Assembly (NCBI GenBank): GCA_045657145.1 | Contig: JAZOSK010000039.1 | Coordinates: forward strand, 150-64,149 | DNA length: 64,000 nucleotides | Source of the DNA: Bacteroidales bacterium | GTDB lineage: Bacteria > Bacteroidota > Bacteroidia > Bacteroidales > F082 | Direction of reading: 5' to 3' | Part shown: positions 27,892-37,675 of the stretch, piece by piece | How positions within the stretch are numbered: the first letter of the stretch is position 1 | Layout: every line of letters starts with the position of its first letter | Program-made: the position numbers and the translations under genes | The notes under the pieces: model-generated | The model's database searches: none | The model's input: the letters and a program-made list of their open reading frames with translations, nothing else | What the model was told of the DNA's origin: nothing

Positions 27892-27929
27892 AAAAAAGCT
27901 GCGACAAAAAAATCGCAGCTTTTCTTTTA
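27892..27929. terminator. Bidirectional terminator
   Basis: AGCTGCGA-CAAAAAAA-TCGCAGCT flanked by an A-run and a T-rich tract, between convergent genes. Confidence 0.75.
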
Positions 27930-27942
27930 TCAATAAAAAATC

Positions 27943-28386
27943 TTAACGTAAACGGTCGATTGACTTAATCAATTCGATGTCTTTTTTAATCCATCGCATT
28001 GCTAATATCGACAACACCATATTAATTAATGGTATATATGTTCCAAATGCATAAACGACAGTGTCTGCCGACAACTTTTCTTGGATATTATCAACGTAGA
28101 ACAAGAATGTCAATCCGCAGAAAAGAGCATTTAAAAATACATTTAACGAAGATAACTTCAACTGAAGCTCTCTTTTCTTATACATAAATATAGTTACAAT
28201 TGGAACCAATAACATCAATATGGTTAATATTAAAAGCAACAATGCATTAGCATAATCTCCAGCTCCAAATATTGACAAGTTGACAAGCTCATTTCCAAAA
28301 CTAAATGATGCTACAGGAACAAAAAACAAAATGCCCGCAAAAACTGCCGACAAAAAAAGAAATACAGTTTGAATTCGTTGTATCAT
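27943..28386 (-). CDS. DUF4293 family membrane protein
   Basis: The N-terminus MIQRIQTVFLFL is typical of DUF4293, with four predicted TM segments. The start is moved to 28386, because the ORF-track extension would cover the rho promoter. Confidence 0.7.
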   Translation of the reverse strand: MIQRIQTVFLFLSAVFAGILFFVPVASFSFGNELVNLSIFGAGDYANALLLLILTILMLLVPIVTIFMYKKRELQLKLSSLNVFLNALFCGLTFLFYVDNIQEKLSADTVVYAFGTYIPLINMVLSILAMRWIKKDIELIKSIDRLR

Positions 28387-28488
28387 AATATTAGATTTAA
28401 TTATTTTTTGCAAATATAGCGATAAGATTCCAACGAAATTATTTTTAAAAAAAATATTTAAAGCCTTTGATATTTTCAATATTTTATA

Positions 28489-28496
28489 TATCTTTG
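28489..28496 (+). promoter_or_regulatory. TAnnTTTG promoter box for rho
   Basis: TATCTTTG lies ~80 nt upstream of the rho ATG. The leader contains a small hairpin GAGAT-GATTCT-ATCTC. Confidence 0.45.
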
Positions 28497-28577
28497 CAAG
28501 ACATTTGAACAAACATCTATTGTTGTTGTTATTAAAAGTGAGATGATTCTATCTCATGTATTTCAAAATAAAATTCT

Positions 28578-30494
28578 ATGTACGACATTTACGGACTCAA
28601 CGAAAAATCGTTGGTTGAACTAAAAGAAATTGCACTTAAATTAGGAATTGAAAATGTCAATGTTCCTAAAGAAGAACTTGTTTACAGCATCATTGATCAG
28701 CAAGCTGTTCATCCAGATATCATTAAAGAAGTAAGAAATAACGATAGCAAGTCTGTCGCTCAATCAGTTACTGAAAAACCTAAAAGAGGAAGAAAAGTTG
28801 CGACATCAAGACCTGACAAAAAGGAGAATGCTGCAGTTCTAGCAGAAGCTAACAAAGAAACTTCCACAACAGAAAATAAAAATGAATCTGTAAATAACCA
28901 AGATGGTTCAACAACATCTGAAATAAAACCTAAACGTGAAAAACGTCCTAGAATAGGTAAAAGAACAGATGTCGTCAAAACTACTATCAACAATAACGAC
29001 GAACAAGATAAAGTTCAACATGTTTCATACGGAAAGCAAGAAAATATTGAAAACAAAGAAGTTAACAATAGCATCCAACATGAAACAATAACAAACGAAG
29101 AAATAATATCTACATCTGTCGTTGAAGAAAAGACAGAAGTTTACGAAACCAAAAGAAAAAGAACCAATAAAGTCAATAAGAAAAAAGATTCTAATAAAAA
29201 CGATGAAACTTCTGCTACAGTAAATATTACCGAAGCAACAGAAGACACCACTACAAATATTGTTGAAATAACAGAAAACGTAGAAGATACAGAATCTGTC
29301 AACAAAAATGACAAAGAAGAAAAAGCAGAAATAGAGAGAATCAATCGTCAAAGAAAAGAAGAAATCGTTTCTGAATTCGATGCTGTTGTCAATGCTGAAG
29401 GCGTATTGGAAATAATGCCTGATGGTTACGGATTCTTACGTTCATCTGATTACAATTATCTCAACTCACCAGATGACGTTTATGTTTCTCAATCACAAAT
29501 AAAATTATTCGGACTCAAAACTGGCGACAGTATACAAGGCGTCATTCGCCCTCCTAAGTCTGGAGAAAAATACTTCCCACTTATCAAGGTTAATAAAATC
29601 AATGGATTAACGCCAGAACAAGTCAGAGACCGTATCCCATTCGATTTTCTTACTCCTTTATTCCCAACAGAGAAATTCAATCTCACAGGCCATAAAGGAA
29701 GTTCTGTTTCAACAAGAATCATGGACCTCTTCGCTCCTATCGGCAAAGGTCAACGTGGTTTAATCGTAGCTCAGCCAAAGACAGGTAAAACTGTATTACT
29801 TAAGGAAGTAGCAAATGCAATTGCAGCAAATCACCCAGAAGTTTACCTTATTATATTATTAATCGACGAACGTCCTGAAGAAGTCACAGATATGGCTCGT
29901 AGCGTCAACGCAGAAGTCATTTCTTCAACATTCGACGAACCTGCAGAAAAACATGTTAAAATTGCCAACATAGTTTTGGAAAAAGCGAAACGTCTCACAG
30001 AATGCGGTCACGATGTTGTTATCCTTCTCGACTCTATCACACGTCTTGCTCGTGCATTTAACACAGTATCTCCAGCTTCTGGCAAAGTTCTCTCTGGCGG
30101 TGTTGAAGCTAACGCACTTCAAAAACCAAAACGTTTCTTCGGTGCTGCTCGTAATATCGAAAACGGAGGTTCTCTCACAATTCTTGCTACTGCATTGATT
30201 GACACTGGTTCTAAGATGGACGAAGTAATCTTCGAAGAATTCAAAGGTACAGGCAATATGGAACTCCAACTCGACCGTCGTCTTTCTAATAAACGCATCT
30301 ACCCTGCTATCGACATCGTTGCATCAGGTACACGCCGCGATGACTTACTCGTTGACGAACGTACTCTTGCAAGAGTATGGGCTTTGAGAAATCACTTCGC
30401 CGATATGACACCTGTAGAAGCAATGGAATTCCTTAAAGACAGAATTTCAAAGACTTACTCAAACGAAGAGTTCTTAGCAACTATTGATAAATAA
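28578..30494 (+). CDS. rho: Transcription termination factor Rho with a large N-terminal insertion domain
   Basis: Rho_N (residues 1-48), a ~216-aa low-complexity K/E/N/T-rich insertion, the CSD-like RNA-binding region (GYGFLRS), Walker A (AQPKTGKT) and the RecA-like ATPase C-terminus. Confidence 0.95.
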   Translation: MYDIYGLNEKSLVELKEIALKLGIENVNVPKEELVYSIIDQQAVHPDIIKEVRNNDSKSVAQSVTEKPKRGRKVATSRPDKKENAAVLAEANKETSTTENKNESVNNQDGSTTSEIKPKREKRPRIGKRTDVVKTTINNNDEQDKVQHVSYGKQENIENKEVNNSIQHETITNEEIISTSVVEEKTEVYETKRKRTNKVNKKKDSNKNDETSATVNITEATEDTTTNIVEITENVEDTESVNKNDKEEKAEIERINRQRKEEIVSEFDAVVNAEGVLEIMPDGYGFLRSSDYNYLNSPDDVYVSQSQIKLFGLKTGDSIQGVIRPPKSGEKYFPLIKVNKINGLTPEQVRDRIPFDFLTPLFPTEKFNLTGHKGSSVSTRIMDLFAPIGKGQRGLIVAQPKTGKTVLLKEVANAIAANHPEVYLIILLIDERPEEVTDMARSVNAEVISSTFDEPAEKHVKIANIVLEKAKRLTECGHDVVILLDSITRLARAFNTVSPASGKVLSGGVEANALQKPKRFFGAARNIENGGSLTILATALIDTGSKMDEVIFEEFKGTGNMELQLDRRLSNKRIYPAIDIVASGTRRDDLLVDERTLARVWALRNHFADMTPVEAMEFLKDRISKTYSNEEFLATIDK

Positions 30495-30513
30495 GACTAT
30501 AAGACTATAAGTA
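30492..30513. repeat. Tandem octamer TAAGACTA (equivalently GACTATAA) x2.75
   Basis: TAAGACTATAAGACTATAAGTA read directly. The first unit contains the rho stop codon. Confidence 0.9.
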
Positions 30514-30544
30514 AAAAAAGACAGCTTAAGCTGTCTTTTTTTTA
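30513..30544. terminator. Bidirectional terminator shared by rho and mpl
   Basis: A-run, AGACAGC-TTAA-GCTGTCT, then T-run, between convergent genes. Confidence 0.85.
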
Positions 30545-30550
30545 TAATTG

Positions 30551-31909
30551 TTAATTGTACATTGCCATCAAATCGTCTTTCGTCAGTCCATTGAAGTCAC
30601 CAGAACTCATAAAACCAGCGACAATATTTTCTTTTGGTTGACTTGCCAAAATATTCAACAATTCTGCTTTAGAGTGAACAACTTGAATATCAGTTCTAGC
30701 AAATCCCTTAACAATTCTTTCATCAGACATAAGTTCCAACTTCTTGATTGCCACAGCATGTGGATCATAAAATACAATAGCTTTATCGCAATTATCTAGA
30801 CATTGTTTATAATGATCAATAAACACTTCGCTAAGACTGCTATATGTATGTAGTTCAAAAACAACAAGCAAATATCTTTCGGAATATTGTTCTCTTAAAG
30901 CTTTAACCGTTGCGAGTACTTTTGAAGGCGCATGAGCAAAATCGCGGAATACTAAATTATTCTTTTCCTTATTCTCAAACATAAGTTCAAGACGTCGCGA
31001 AGCTCCTTTGAATGAAGCGATTGCATCATAGAAAATATCATCACTGATTCCAATCTGTTTACATACATTATATGCAGCATTGATATTCTTCATATTATGC
31101 TCACCAAAAATCTGCACCTTAATTTTCTTGTCACCAAAAATCAGATATGTATTTTCATCATCACTTTGATATTGATGCATATCGTAACCGTATGTAGGTA
31201 CTTTTGCGTCATCTGCAATTTTATTTGCTTCAATATCATTTTTGTCAAAGATAAGACAACCGCCTTTTTCTATTGTATCGACATAAATCCTAAACTGTTC
31301 GAGATAAGAATCAAATGTTGGAAAAACATTGACGTGGTCCCATCCTATTCCGCTAATGACAGCAATATGTGGATGATACTTATGAAACTTAGGGACTCTG
31401 TCGATTGGAGATGTCAGATATTCATCGCCTTCTATCACCATATATTTTGCAGATTCGCTAAGACGCACCATCACGTCGAAACCTTCAAGCTGTGCGCCGA
31501 CCATAAAGTCAGTCTCAATACCAGCATGTTTCATAACATGAAGTATCATTGAAGTTATTGTCGTCTTACCATGACTTCCGCCTATTACGATACGAGTCTT
31601 GTCTTTACTTTGCTCGTAAAGATATTCAGGATAAGAATACACTTTAAGTCCAAGTTCCTGAGCACGGATAAGTTCTGGATTATCTATACGAGCGTGCATA
31701 CCGAGAATCACCGATTCATACGACTCATCTAGTTTTTCTGGATGCCAGCCTAGCTCTTCAGGCAAGATACCCTCGTTTTTCAAGCGAGTTTTTGAAGGTT
31801 CAAAAATCTCGTCATCAGAGCCTGTCACTTCGTAACCTTTTCTATGTAAAGCGATAGCGAGATTATGCATCGCACTTCCGCCTATAGCAATAAAATGGAC
31901 TTTCTTCAT
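30551..31909 (-). CDS. mpl: Mur ligase family, Mpl-like (UDP-N-acetylmuramate:L-Ala-D-Glu-mDAP ligase)
   Basis: The N-terminus HFIAIGGSAMHNLAIAL...VTGSDD and the ATP-binding GGSHGKTT are Mur ligase features. Choosing Mpl over MurC rests on overall resemblance only. Confidence 0.7.
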   Translation of the reverse strand: MKKVHFIAIGGSAMHNLAIALHRKGYEVTGSDDEIFEPSKTRLKNEGILPEELGWHPEKLDESYESVILGMHARIDNPELIRAQELGLKVYSYPEYLYEQSKDKTRIVIGGSHGKTTITSMILHVMKHAGIETDFMVGAQLEGFDVMVRLSESAKYMVIEGDEYLTSPIDRVPKFHKYHPHIAVISGIGWDHVNVFPTFDSYLEQFRIYVDTIEKGGCLIFDKNDIEANKIADDAKVPTYGYDMHQYQSDDENTYLIFGDKKIKVQIFGEHNMKNINAAYNVCKQIGISDDIFYDAIASFKGASRRLELMFENKEKNNLVFRDFAHAPSKVLATVKALREQYSERYLLVVFELHTYSSLSEVFIDHYKQCLDNCDKAIVFYDPHAVAIKKLELMSDERIVKGFARTDIQVVHSKAELLNILASQPKENIVAGFMSSGDFNGLTKDDLMAMYN

Positions 31910-31932
31910 ATATGTGTTGTTTATCGTTAATG

Positions 31933-31940
31933 CAAAGATA
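31933..31940 (-). promoter_or_regulatory. TAnnTTTG promoter box for mpl
   Basis: The minus strand reads TATCTTTG, 23 nt upstream of the ATG at 31909 and directly abutting the upstream terminator T-run. Confidence 0.45.
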
Positions 31941-31970
31941 AAAAAAAGACGCCATTATTAAATGACGTCC
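31939..31970 (-). terminator. Rho-independent terminator of the 31995-33647 gene
   Basis: The minus strand reads GGACGTCA-TTTAATAA-TGGCGTC followed by TTTTTTTT. The stem is almost identical to that of the gcvP terminator. Confidence 0.75.
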
Positions 31971-31994
31971 TTTGTTTTAATTTGATTTTTTTAA

Positions 31995-33647
31995 TTATTT
32001 GTTAACAATAACTTTTTGTGATGATTTAACACCAGCTTTTGTTTCTAAGTTAATGTAATACAAACCATTTGTCCATGATTCAACATTGATAATCATGTTG
32101 TCTGAATCTGCGACTTGTGTATATACAACTTGACCGATGCTATTGTAAACAACAACTTTATTCAAGTTTTCTGCATAAACATTAACAACTGATTTAGCAG
32201 GATTTGGATATACATTGACAACTTCTTCTTCAACTACATCTTCAACGTCAACTGAACCGAATATAACTTCTATAGGATATTTATATCTAAAGAGTTTTTC
32301 ACCTGGTTCTGCATTACAAATTTCACCTTTCTTGCTATTAAGGATGCCCCAGAATGAGTTAATATCACCTATACCATTTCCTTTGCTATTTTTCATAAGT
32401 ATACGATAACAACCATGGTTTGGCAATGTATAAGTTTCTTTTAAGCTTGTAGATGATAATGTTATAGTTTTAACTGTAACACCTGTACTCTTATTAATAA
32501 TATCTATTGATACATTTTCTGGTTCTGATGTTTTTACCATGAAATTCAAGATACCATCATTCAAAATAGTTTGTGGAGTTTCAACTTCGTAATAGAATTT
32601 GTTATCGTAAGTATATTTATCTTCTTTATCACCATTCAACTCAACAACATCAACCTTTATAGCACCAGCACCACCAACATTAATTTCTGGTAATTCAAAG
32701 TATGTTTTTGCTCCATTTGCCAAAGTACCTTCCCATTTGTAAGAACCTAATTCATCTCCAAAATCATTTGTAACATTAAATACTGCAGATGTTAAAGGCT
32801 GTGTACCATAATTTTTGATTTCAAAGTTTGGTTTAATTTTTCCTGAGCATAATTCTGTTGGAACATTTTCTATATTTGAAATACCCAAGTCATATTCTGC
32901 GACTTCATCAGCTATAGAAATTTTCACAGCTTGATAAACTTCTCTTGTTGTACCATTATTTTGTATCCATGCAACAAGTGTACAATTTTCTTTCTTGTAT
33001 TTATGTACGTCAAACAATGCTGTAACCTCTTGTGTTTCACCTTCAACCTTTGTTCCTGCAGTTGATGTAACGACATCACGGACAACAGCATTAAGTTCAG
33101 TCCAACCTCCCCAAACTTGTGGGATATGTGATTCTGTCAAAGCTATAAATAATCTTACATCTTCACCTGTACATTCACCAACTTGGTTTATAACGACTTT
33201 AGCTCTACATTTGTTCCAGCTATCATACTCATAAGTAAGGTCGAGTTTAAAAGGACTTGTCACATTTATTCTCTTATCGTATTCTGCTTTAAGGTTTTCA
33301 TATGCACTCATATAATGTGATGCATAACCATTAACTGCAGGTACGCCAACGCCATCGACTATAGCTGTAGGATAACTTTTAATCTGATACCATGCATTTC
33401 TTGAATTTGTTTCTTTTGTAGCATAATCCACATTAGAAGGTGTATAGTTACTTGAATGGAATGCTACTGGTGCTATTGATAAACCTTGATTTAACATTTC
33501 TGCAACACCACCTGCCGCTGCTGGGCAAAATGGGCAATTAATACCAGTGAAAACCTCCACTAAAACACATTCTCTAGCTACATTTTGTGCTGATATTGAG
33601 CCAGCCATCATTATTGCAGCAATAACTGTAAGTAATAATTTTTTCAT
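31995..33647 (-). CDS. T9SS-sorted surface protein with an N-terminal thioredoxin-like/Omp28-related CxxC domain
   Basis: Signal peptide, EVFTGINCPFCP motif, and the C-terminal YPNPA...NGLYYINL...KVIVNK type-A sorting domain. Confidence 0.65.
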   Translation of the reverse strand: MKKLLLTVIAAIMMAGSISAQNVARECVLVEVFTGINCPFCPAAAGGVAEMLNQGLSIAPVAFHSSNYTPSNVDYATKETNSRNAWYQIKSYPTAIVDGVGVPAVNGYASHYMSAYENLKAEYDKRINVTSPFKLDLTYEYDSWNKCRAKVVINQVGECTGEDVRLFIALTESHIPQVWGGWTELNAVVRDVVTSTAGTKVEGETQEVTALFDVHKYKKENCTLVAWIQNNGTTREVYQAVKISIADEVAEYDLGISNIENVPTELCSGKIKPNFEIKNYGTQPLTSAVFNVTNDFGDELGSYKWEGTLANGAKTYFELPEINVGGAGAIKVDVVELNGDKEDKYTYDNKFYYEVETPQTILNDGILNFMVKTSEPENVSIDIINKSTGVTVKTITLSSTSLKETYTLPNHGCYRILMKNSKGNGIGDINSFWGILNSKKGEICNAEPGEKLFRYKYPIEVIFGSVDVEDVVEEEVVNVYPNPAKSVVNVYAENLNKVVVYNSIGQVVYTQVADSDNMIINVESWTNGLYYINLETKAGVKSSQKVIVNK

Positions 33648-33752
33648 TTTTCTAAATTTAAATTCATTCTAATTGATGTTGCAAATTTACATTTTTTCTT
33701 TAAAAAATAAGTCTGTCATATCATATATTTTCTCATTTTTGTAAAAAAAATT

Positions 33753-34658
33753 ATGCTTGATAAATTATTGATAAAACGATTTCTAATTTATTTAAGATTA
33801 GAGCAGTCTTTGTCGGATAACAGCATTGAAGCTTATTCACATGACATTGAATTATTGATGCAATATTTAGAAAGCATAAATCATTCTAAATCATTGACAG
33901 ACATAAGTCAAGAGAATATTGAAAATTTTCTTGCGCATTTATATGACTTAGGGCTATCTGCCAATTCTCAAGCAAGAATATTGTCTGGCATCAAGAAGTT
34001 TTATACATATCTTATTCAGGAAAAATTAGTCACTGAAAATCCTACTCAGTTAATTTCATCACCTTCTATTGGTCGTCATATTCCAGACATACTTAGCTAC
34101 GAAGAAATCACTTCAATGATTGAAAATATTGATTTAAGTTTGCCGTTTGGGCATAGGAACAAAGCCATCATAGAAATAATGTATGCTTGTGGATTGCGAG
34201 TTTCAGAAGTGACATCACTTAAAATCAGCAACATTTATATTAAAGATGAGTTCATCAGAATTTTTGGAAAAGGCGATAAAGAACGTCTGATTCCGATAAG
34301 TCCATCTACGATTAAGACTTTATATTTATATATTGACGGCGAAAGGAAATTTCAAAACATAAATCCTAAACATACCGACACATTATTCATTAACAGAAGA
34401 GGTTCTGGTTTAAGTCGCCAGATGATTTTCTTAATAATTAAAGACTTAGCGGAGAAAGCTGGCATAAAAAAGAATATCGGACCGCACACGGTCCGACATT
34501 CATTTGCCACACATTTATTAGAAGGAGGCGCCGACTTAAGAGCTGTCCAGCAAATGTTAGGACATTCAAGCATCAGCACGACAGAGATTTACACACATAT
34601 CTCAGACCAATATCTGAGAGAAGTGATTACTCTTTTCCATCCTAGATATAATGATTAG
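33753..34658 (+). CDS. xerD: Site-specific tyrosine recombinase XerD
   Basis: 301 aa with an SAM-like N-terminal domain and catalytic RVSE / HTVRHSFATHLL / GHSSISTTEIYTH residues. Confidence 0.9.
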   Translation: MLDKLLIKRFLIYLRLEQSLSDNSIEAYSHDIELLMQYLESINHSKSLTDISQENIENFLAHLYDLGLSANSQARILSGIKKFYTYLIQEKLVTENPTQLISSPSIGRHIPDILSYEEITSMIENIDLSLPFGHRNKAIIEIMYACGLRVSEVTSLKISNIYIKDEFIRIFGKGDKERLIPISPSTIKTLYLYIDGERKFQNINPKHTDTLFINRRGSGLSRQMIFLIIKDLAEKAGIKKNIGPHTVRHSFATHLLEGGADLRAVQQMLGHSSISTTEIYTHISDQYLREVITLFHPRYND

Positions 34659-35086
34659 GAGATAACTCCCCAAACTACGTCTATCAACTCACCTTCGTTG
34701 AAGTAGAAGTCAAGCATCAGCTCATCGTAAATCAAGCAAGTATCACCTTCTTGTTCTTCTTCGTCAAATTCTTTGTAACCGTTTCTTTTCATCAAGTCAA
34801 TGATTTGATTACGATTCATTTCGTAGATTTTCTCTCCGAATAAAGTTGCGTCTTCATTAACTGTAGAAATACTAGAAACAAGCATTTTTTCAGCACCTTC
34901 AAAGCAGACAGACACTGCAAAATCATCATAGTCATAAAGTATTGATGATAATTCATTTCCTTCAGCTATTGGGTCTAACTCTTCGAGATTAGAAGGTTCT
35001 CCAAATACGCTAACTACTTCTTCTATCGACATTCCAAATTTAATGTCTCCATAGCCTTTCAATGGTTCGATTATTAAATTTTCCAT
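34655..35086 (-). CDS. Small acidic hypothetical protein
   Basis: 143-aa ORF that starts 15 nt after the upstream permease gene ends. I recognise no catalytic motif. Confidence 0.5.
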   Translation of the reverse strand: MENLIIEPLKGYGDIKFGMSIEEVVSVFGEPSNLEELDPIAEGNELSSILYDYDDFAVSVCFEGAEKMLVSSISTVNEDATLFGEKIYEMNRNQIIDLMKRNGYKEFDEEEQEGDTCLIYDELMLDFYFNEGELIDVVWGVIS

Positions 35087-35101
35087 ATCCGATTTATTAT
35101 G

Positions 35102-36322
35102 TTATTCAAAACGAATTGATTTTGACGGTTTTATATTATTTATAATCATTGTTGGGATTGACATCATCAAAACCCACAACACAAATGTTCCAAGGTTTAA
35201 CAACAATATATATAACCAATTTATTTCTATTGGCACTGATGAAAGGTAATAAGATTCTGGCGACAATTTTATTATCTCCGTATATTTTTGAATCAAGCAC
35301 AAGCCCATAGCAAAGGCATTGCCAAAGAACATACCTATCAACAATACACGTTGCGAGCGTTGCAAGAACACCCTTCTGATAAATGCATTATCTGCACCCA
35401 TCGACTTTAATATACCTATCGTTGAAGTTCTTTCCAGAACAATGATTAGCAACATACTTATAATAGTGATACCTGCTACAAGCAACATCAGAACTATGAT
35501 AATCACGACATTCATATCTTGAAGTTCAAGCCAGTCATAAATTTGAGGATATAAATCAGAGGCTTTGTAAGAAATGAGATTCGTTGGAATTTTATAGTAA
35601 ATGATATTATTTGCTTCCACAACATCTACATTTTCAACAATATCTAATTCCAAATGACCAACCATATTTTCATCCCAGCCATTTAATTTCCTAACCTGAT
35701 TCAAGTCACAATAAATGAATCGCTCGTCACATTCCGTCAATCCTGTTTCATAAATTCCTTTTATGACGAACTTACGTCCACGAGTTTTCATATTCTCACC
35801 GACGAACCAAATCCTTACCTCGTCACCCACGTTAAGCATCATTTTATCGGAAATGATTTTAGATATTACGACATCATTAGAACGTTCATTTTCAACATAT
35901 TCAGGGACATTACCTGCAACAAGATTTGATTTTATATATTTCCAGTTATAAGTTTTATCAACACCTTTCAAAATCACGCCATGAATTTCCTCATCAGTTT
36001 TAACGAGACCTGCCTTATTAGCTGTAGGAGAAATTGTTTTTATAAAAGGTAAATCGAGCTTAGATTTCAAAATGCTATCATATATAAAAGGAGTCTCCTC
36101 TATCGATTCATTTTGATTTAAAACCTGAATTTGTATTGGAGAAACAAAACCAACAACCTTTTCCTTTATCTGATTTTTGAAACCAACTATGACAGCTATG
36201 GAAATCAACATAATAGATATACCAAGAGCTATACTAACTACAGCTATCTTCATAACTACAGAAGATAAATTTTCTTTTGAAAAAGAGAATATTCTTGATG
36301 ATATAAATCTTGTTGCTTTCAT
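35102..36322 (-). CDS. FtsX-like ABC transporter permease (LolC/E-like)
   Basis: N-terminal TM helix, large periplasmic domain and three C-terminal TM helices with an FtsX pattern (GILKSMGA). Confidence 0.8.
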   Translation of the reverse strand: MKATRFISSRIFSFSKENLSSVVMKIAVVSIALGISIMLISIAVIVGFKNQIKEKVVGFVSPIQIQVLNQNESIEETPFIYDSILKSKLDLPFIKTISPTANKAGLVKTDEEIHGVILKGVDKTYNWKYIKSNLVAGNVPEYVENERSNDVVISKIISDKMMLNVGDEVRIWFVGENMKTRGRKFVIKGIYETGLTECDERFIYCDLNQVRKLNGWDENMVGHLELDIVENVDVVEANNIIYYKIPTNLISYKASDLYPQIYDWLELQDMNVVIIIVLMLLVAGITIISMLLIIVLERTSTIGILKSMGADNAFIRRVFLQRSQRVLLIGMFFGNAFAMGLCLIQKYTEIIKLSPESYYLSSVPIEINWLYILLLNLGTFVLWVLMMSIPTMIINNIKPSKSIRFE

Positions 36323-36362
36323 TTTTTTCTTATCATTGCAAAAATAATCATTTATTTACGTG

Positions 36363-37560
36363 TATGCAAAAGTTTTTTTCGTTTTTAATAATTTTTATAT
36401 TCCTTTGTTTTGAGGGAAAATCACAGTTTAATTCCAATAAAAACATTATAGATGCAGAAGATGCAATTGTAGGTGCATCAAGACTTGAGCTATATTTACC
36501 ACTTTTAGAAGGCAAAAACATAGGTATCATTGCGAATCAAACAAGTATTTTCAACGGTGTTCATCTTATTGACACACTTATAAGCAAGAACATCAGTATT
36601 AAAAAAATATTTACTCCAGAACATGGATTCCGAGGCTCCGCAGATGAAGGCGCTCTCATCAACAACAGCATCGATGAAAAAACACAATTGCCAATAATTT
36701 CATTATACGGTAAAAACAAGAAACCTAATTCCGAACAACTGAATGACATAGATGTTTTGCTTTTCGATTTGCAAGATGTAGGAACTAGATTTTATACATA
36801 TATATCAACTATGACCTATGTAATGGAAGCCGCTGCTGAAAACAAGATTCAAGTCATCGTCCTCGACAGACCAAATCCAAACGGATTCTATATTGACGGT
36901 CCAATCTTAGAAAAAGAAAACTCATCGTTTGTAGGATTGCACCAAGTACCTGTAGTTTATGGACTTACAATTGGTGAATACGCACAAATGGTCAACGGGG
37001 AATATTGGCTAGAAGACAGCCTTCAATGCGATCTAAGCATCATTCCATTAGGCAATTACGACAGAAATAAGATCTATAAATTTTCAGTAAAGCCTTCCCC
37101 AAACCTTCCTAATTGGGAATCAGTTTACCTATACCCTTCACTTTGCTTCTTTGAAGGAACAACTGTCAGTGTTGGTCGTGGCACAGAATCGCCATTTCAA
37201 GTTTACGGACACCCGATGATTGAATCTGATTATTCATTCACGCCAAAACAAGCAGAAGGGAGAAATAAACCACTACATTGTGACACAGAATGTTTTGGAG
37301 AAAATCTTATGCAATATGCCATTGATTACAATGAAAACGAAAACCGACTTAATCTAGCTTGGCTTATCAAAGCATACGAACAACTTAAAAACCAAGGAAG
37401 TTTCTTCAACAATTTCTTCGTAAAATTATCAGGCACAAAAGAATTGCAGCAACAAATTGAAAATGGCTTAAGTGAAGAAGAAATAAGGGAAAGCTGGAAA
37501 GCAGGAATTGAAGAATATAAGAAAATAAGATCTAAATACCTGTTGTATGAAGATTTTTAA
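36363..37560 (+). CDS. namZ: DUF1343 family protein (NamZ-like exo-beta-N-acetylmuramidase)
   Basis: Signal peptide from MQKFFSFLIIF (start moved to 36363). DUF1343-like blocks: IGIIANQTS, FTPEHGFRG, DLQDVGTRFYTY. Confidence 0.7.
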
Positions 37561-37562
37561 CC

Positions 37563-37586
37563 ATTGGCTTTTGGCCTTTGGCATTT
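37563..37586. repeat. Tandem ~8-nt repeat TTGGC(T/C/A)TT x3
   Basis: ATTGGCTT TTGGCCTT TGGCATTT read directly, starting immediately after the namZ stop. Confidence 0.85.
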
Positions 37587-37609
37587 AGATAAAAAACTTA
37601 AACAAAAAA

Positions 37610-37675
37610 GTTACTGAGACACTGACAATCTCAGCATCTCAGTATCTCAGCATCTCAGTAACTTAGCAACTTAAC
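37610..37675. repeat. Six consecutive octamers ATCTCAG(C/T) decaying to AACTTA(G/A)C, preceded by an inverted copy
   Basis: Units ATCTCAGC, ATCTCAGT, ATCTCAGC, ATCTCAGT, AACTTAGC and AACTTAAC span 37628-37675. GTTACTGAGA (37610-37619) is the exact reverse complement of TCTCAGTAAC (37653-37662). The last unit overlaps the stop codon of the aminotransferase gene. Confidence 0.9.

Noticed and set aside
28760-29351. Minus-strand ORFs (77, 108 and 67 aa) inside rho
   Set aside because: They lie antisense to the compositionally biased Rho insertion. Their products are repetitive F/V/S-rich artefacts of that bias.
31097-31552. Long antisense ORFs inside mpl (151 aa), nth (45778-46212, 144 aa), relA (51169-51579, 136 aa) and tamB
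   Set aside because: They lie opposite well-supported conserved CDSs, have no motifs, and have hydrophobic or low-complexity composition typical of shadow frames.
33753-34658. Tyrosine recombinase as a marker of an integrated mobile element
   Set aside because: Its length, N-terminal SAM-like domain and motifs fit chromosomal XerD. The flanking genes are housekeeping, and no att-like repeats or cargo genes are present.
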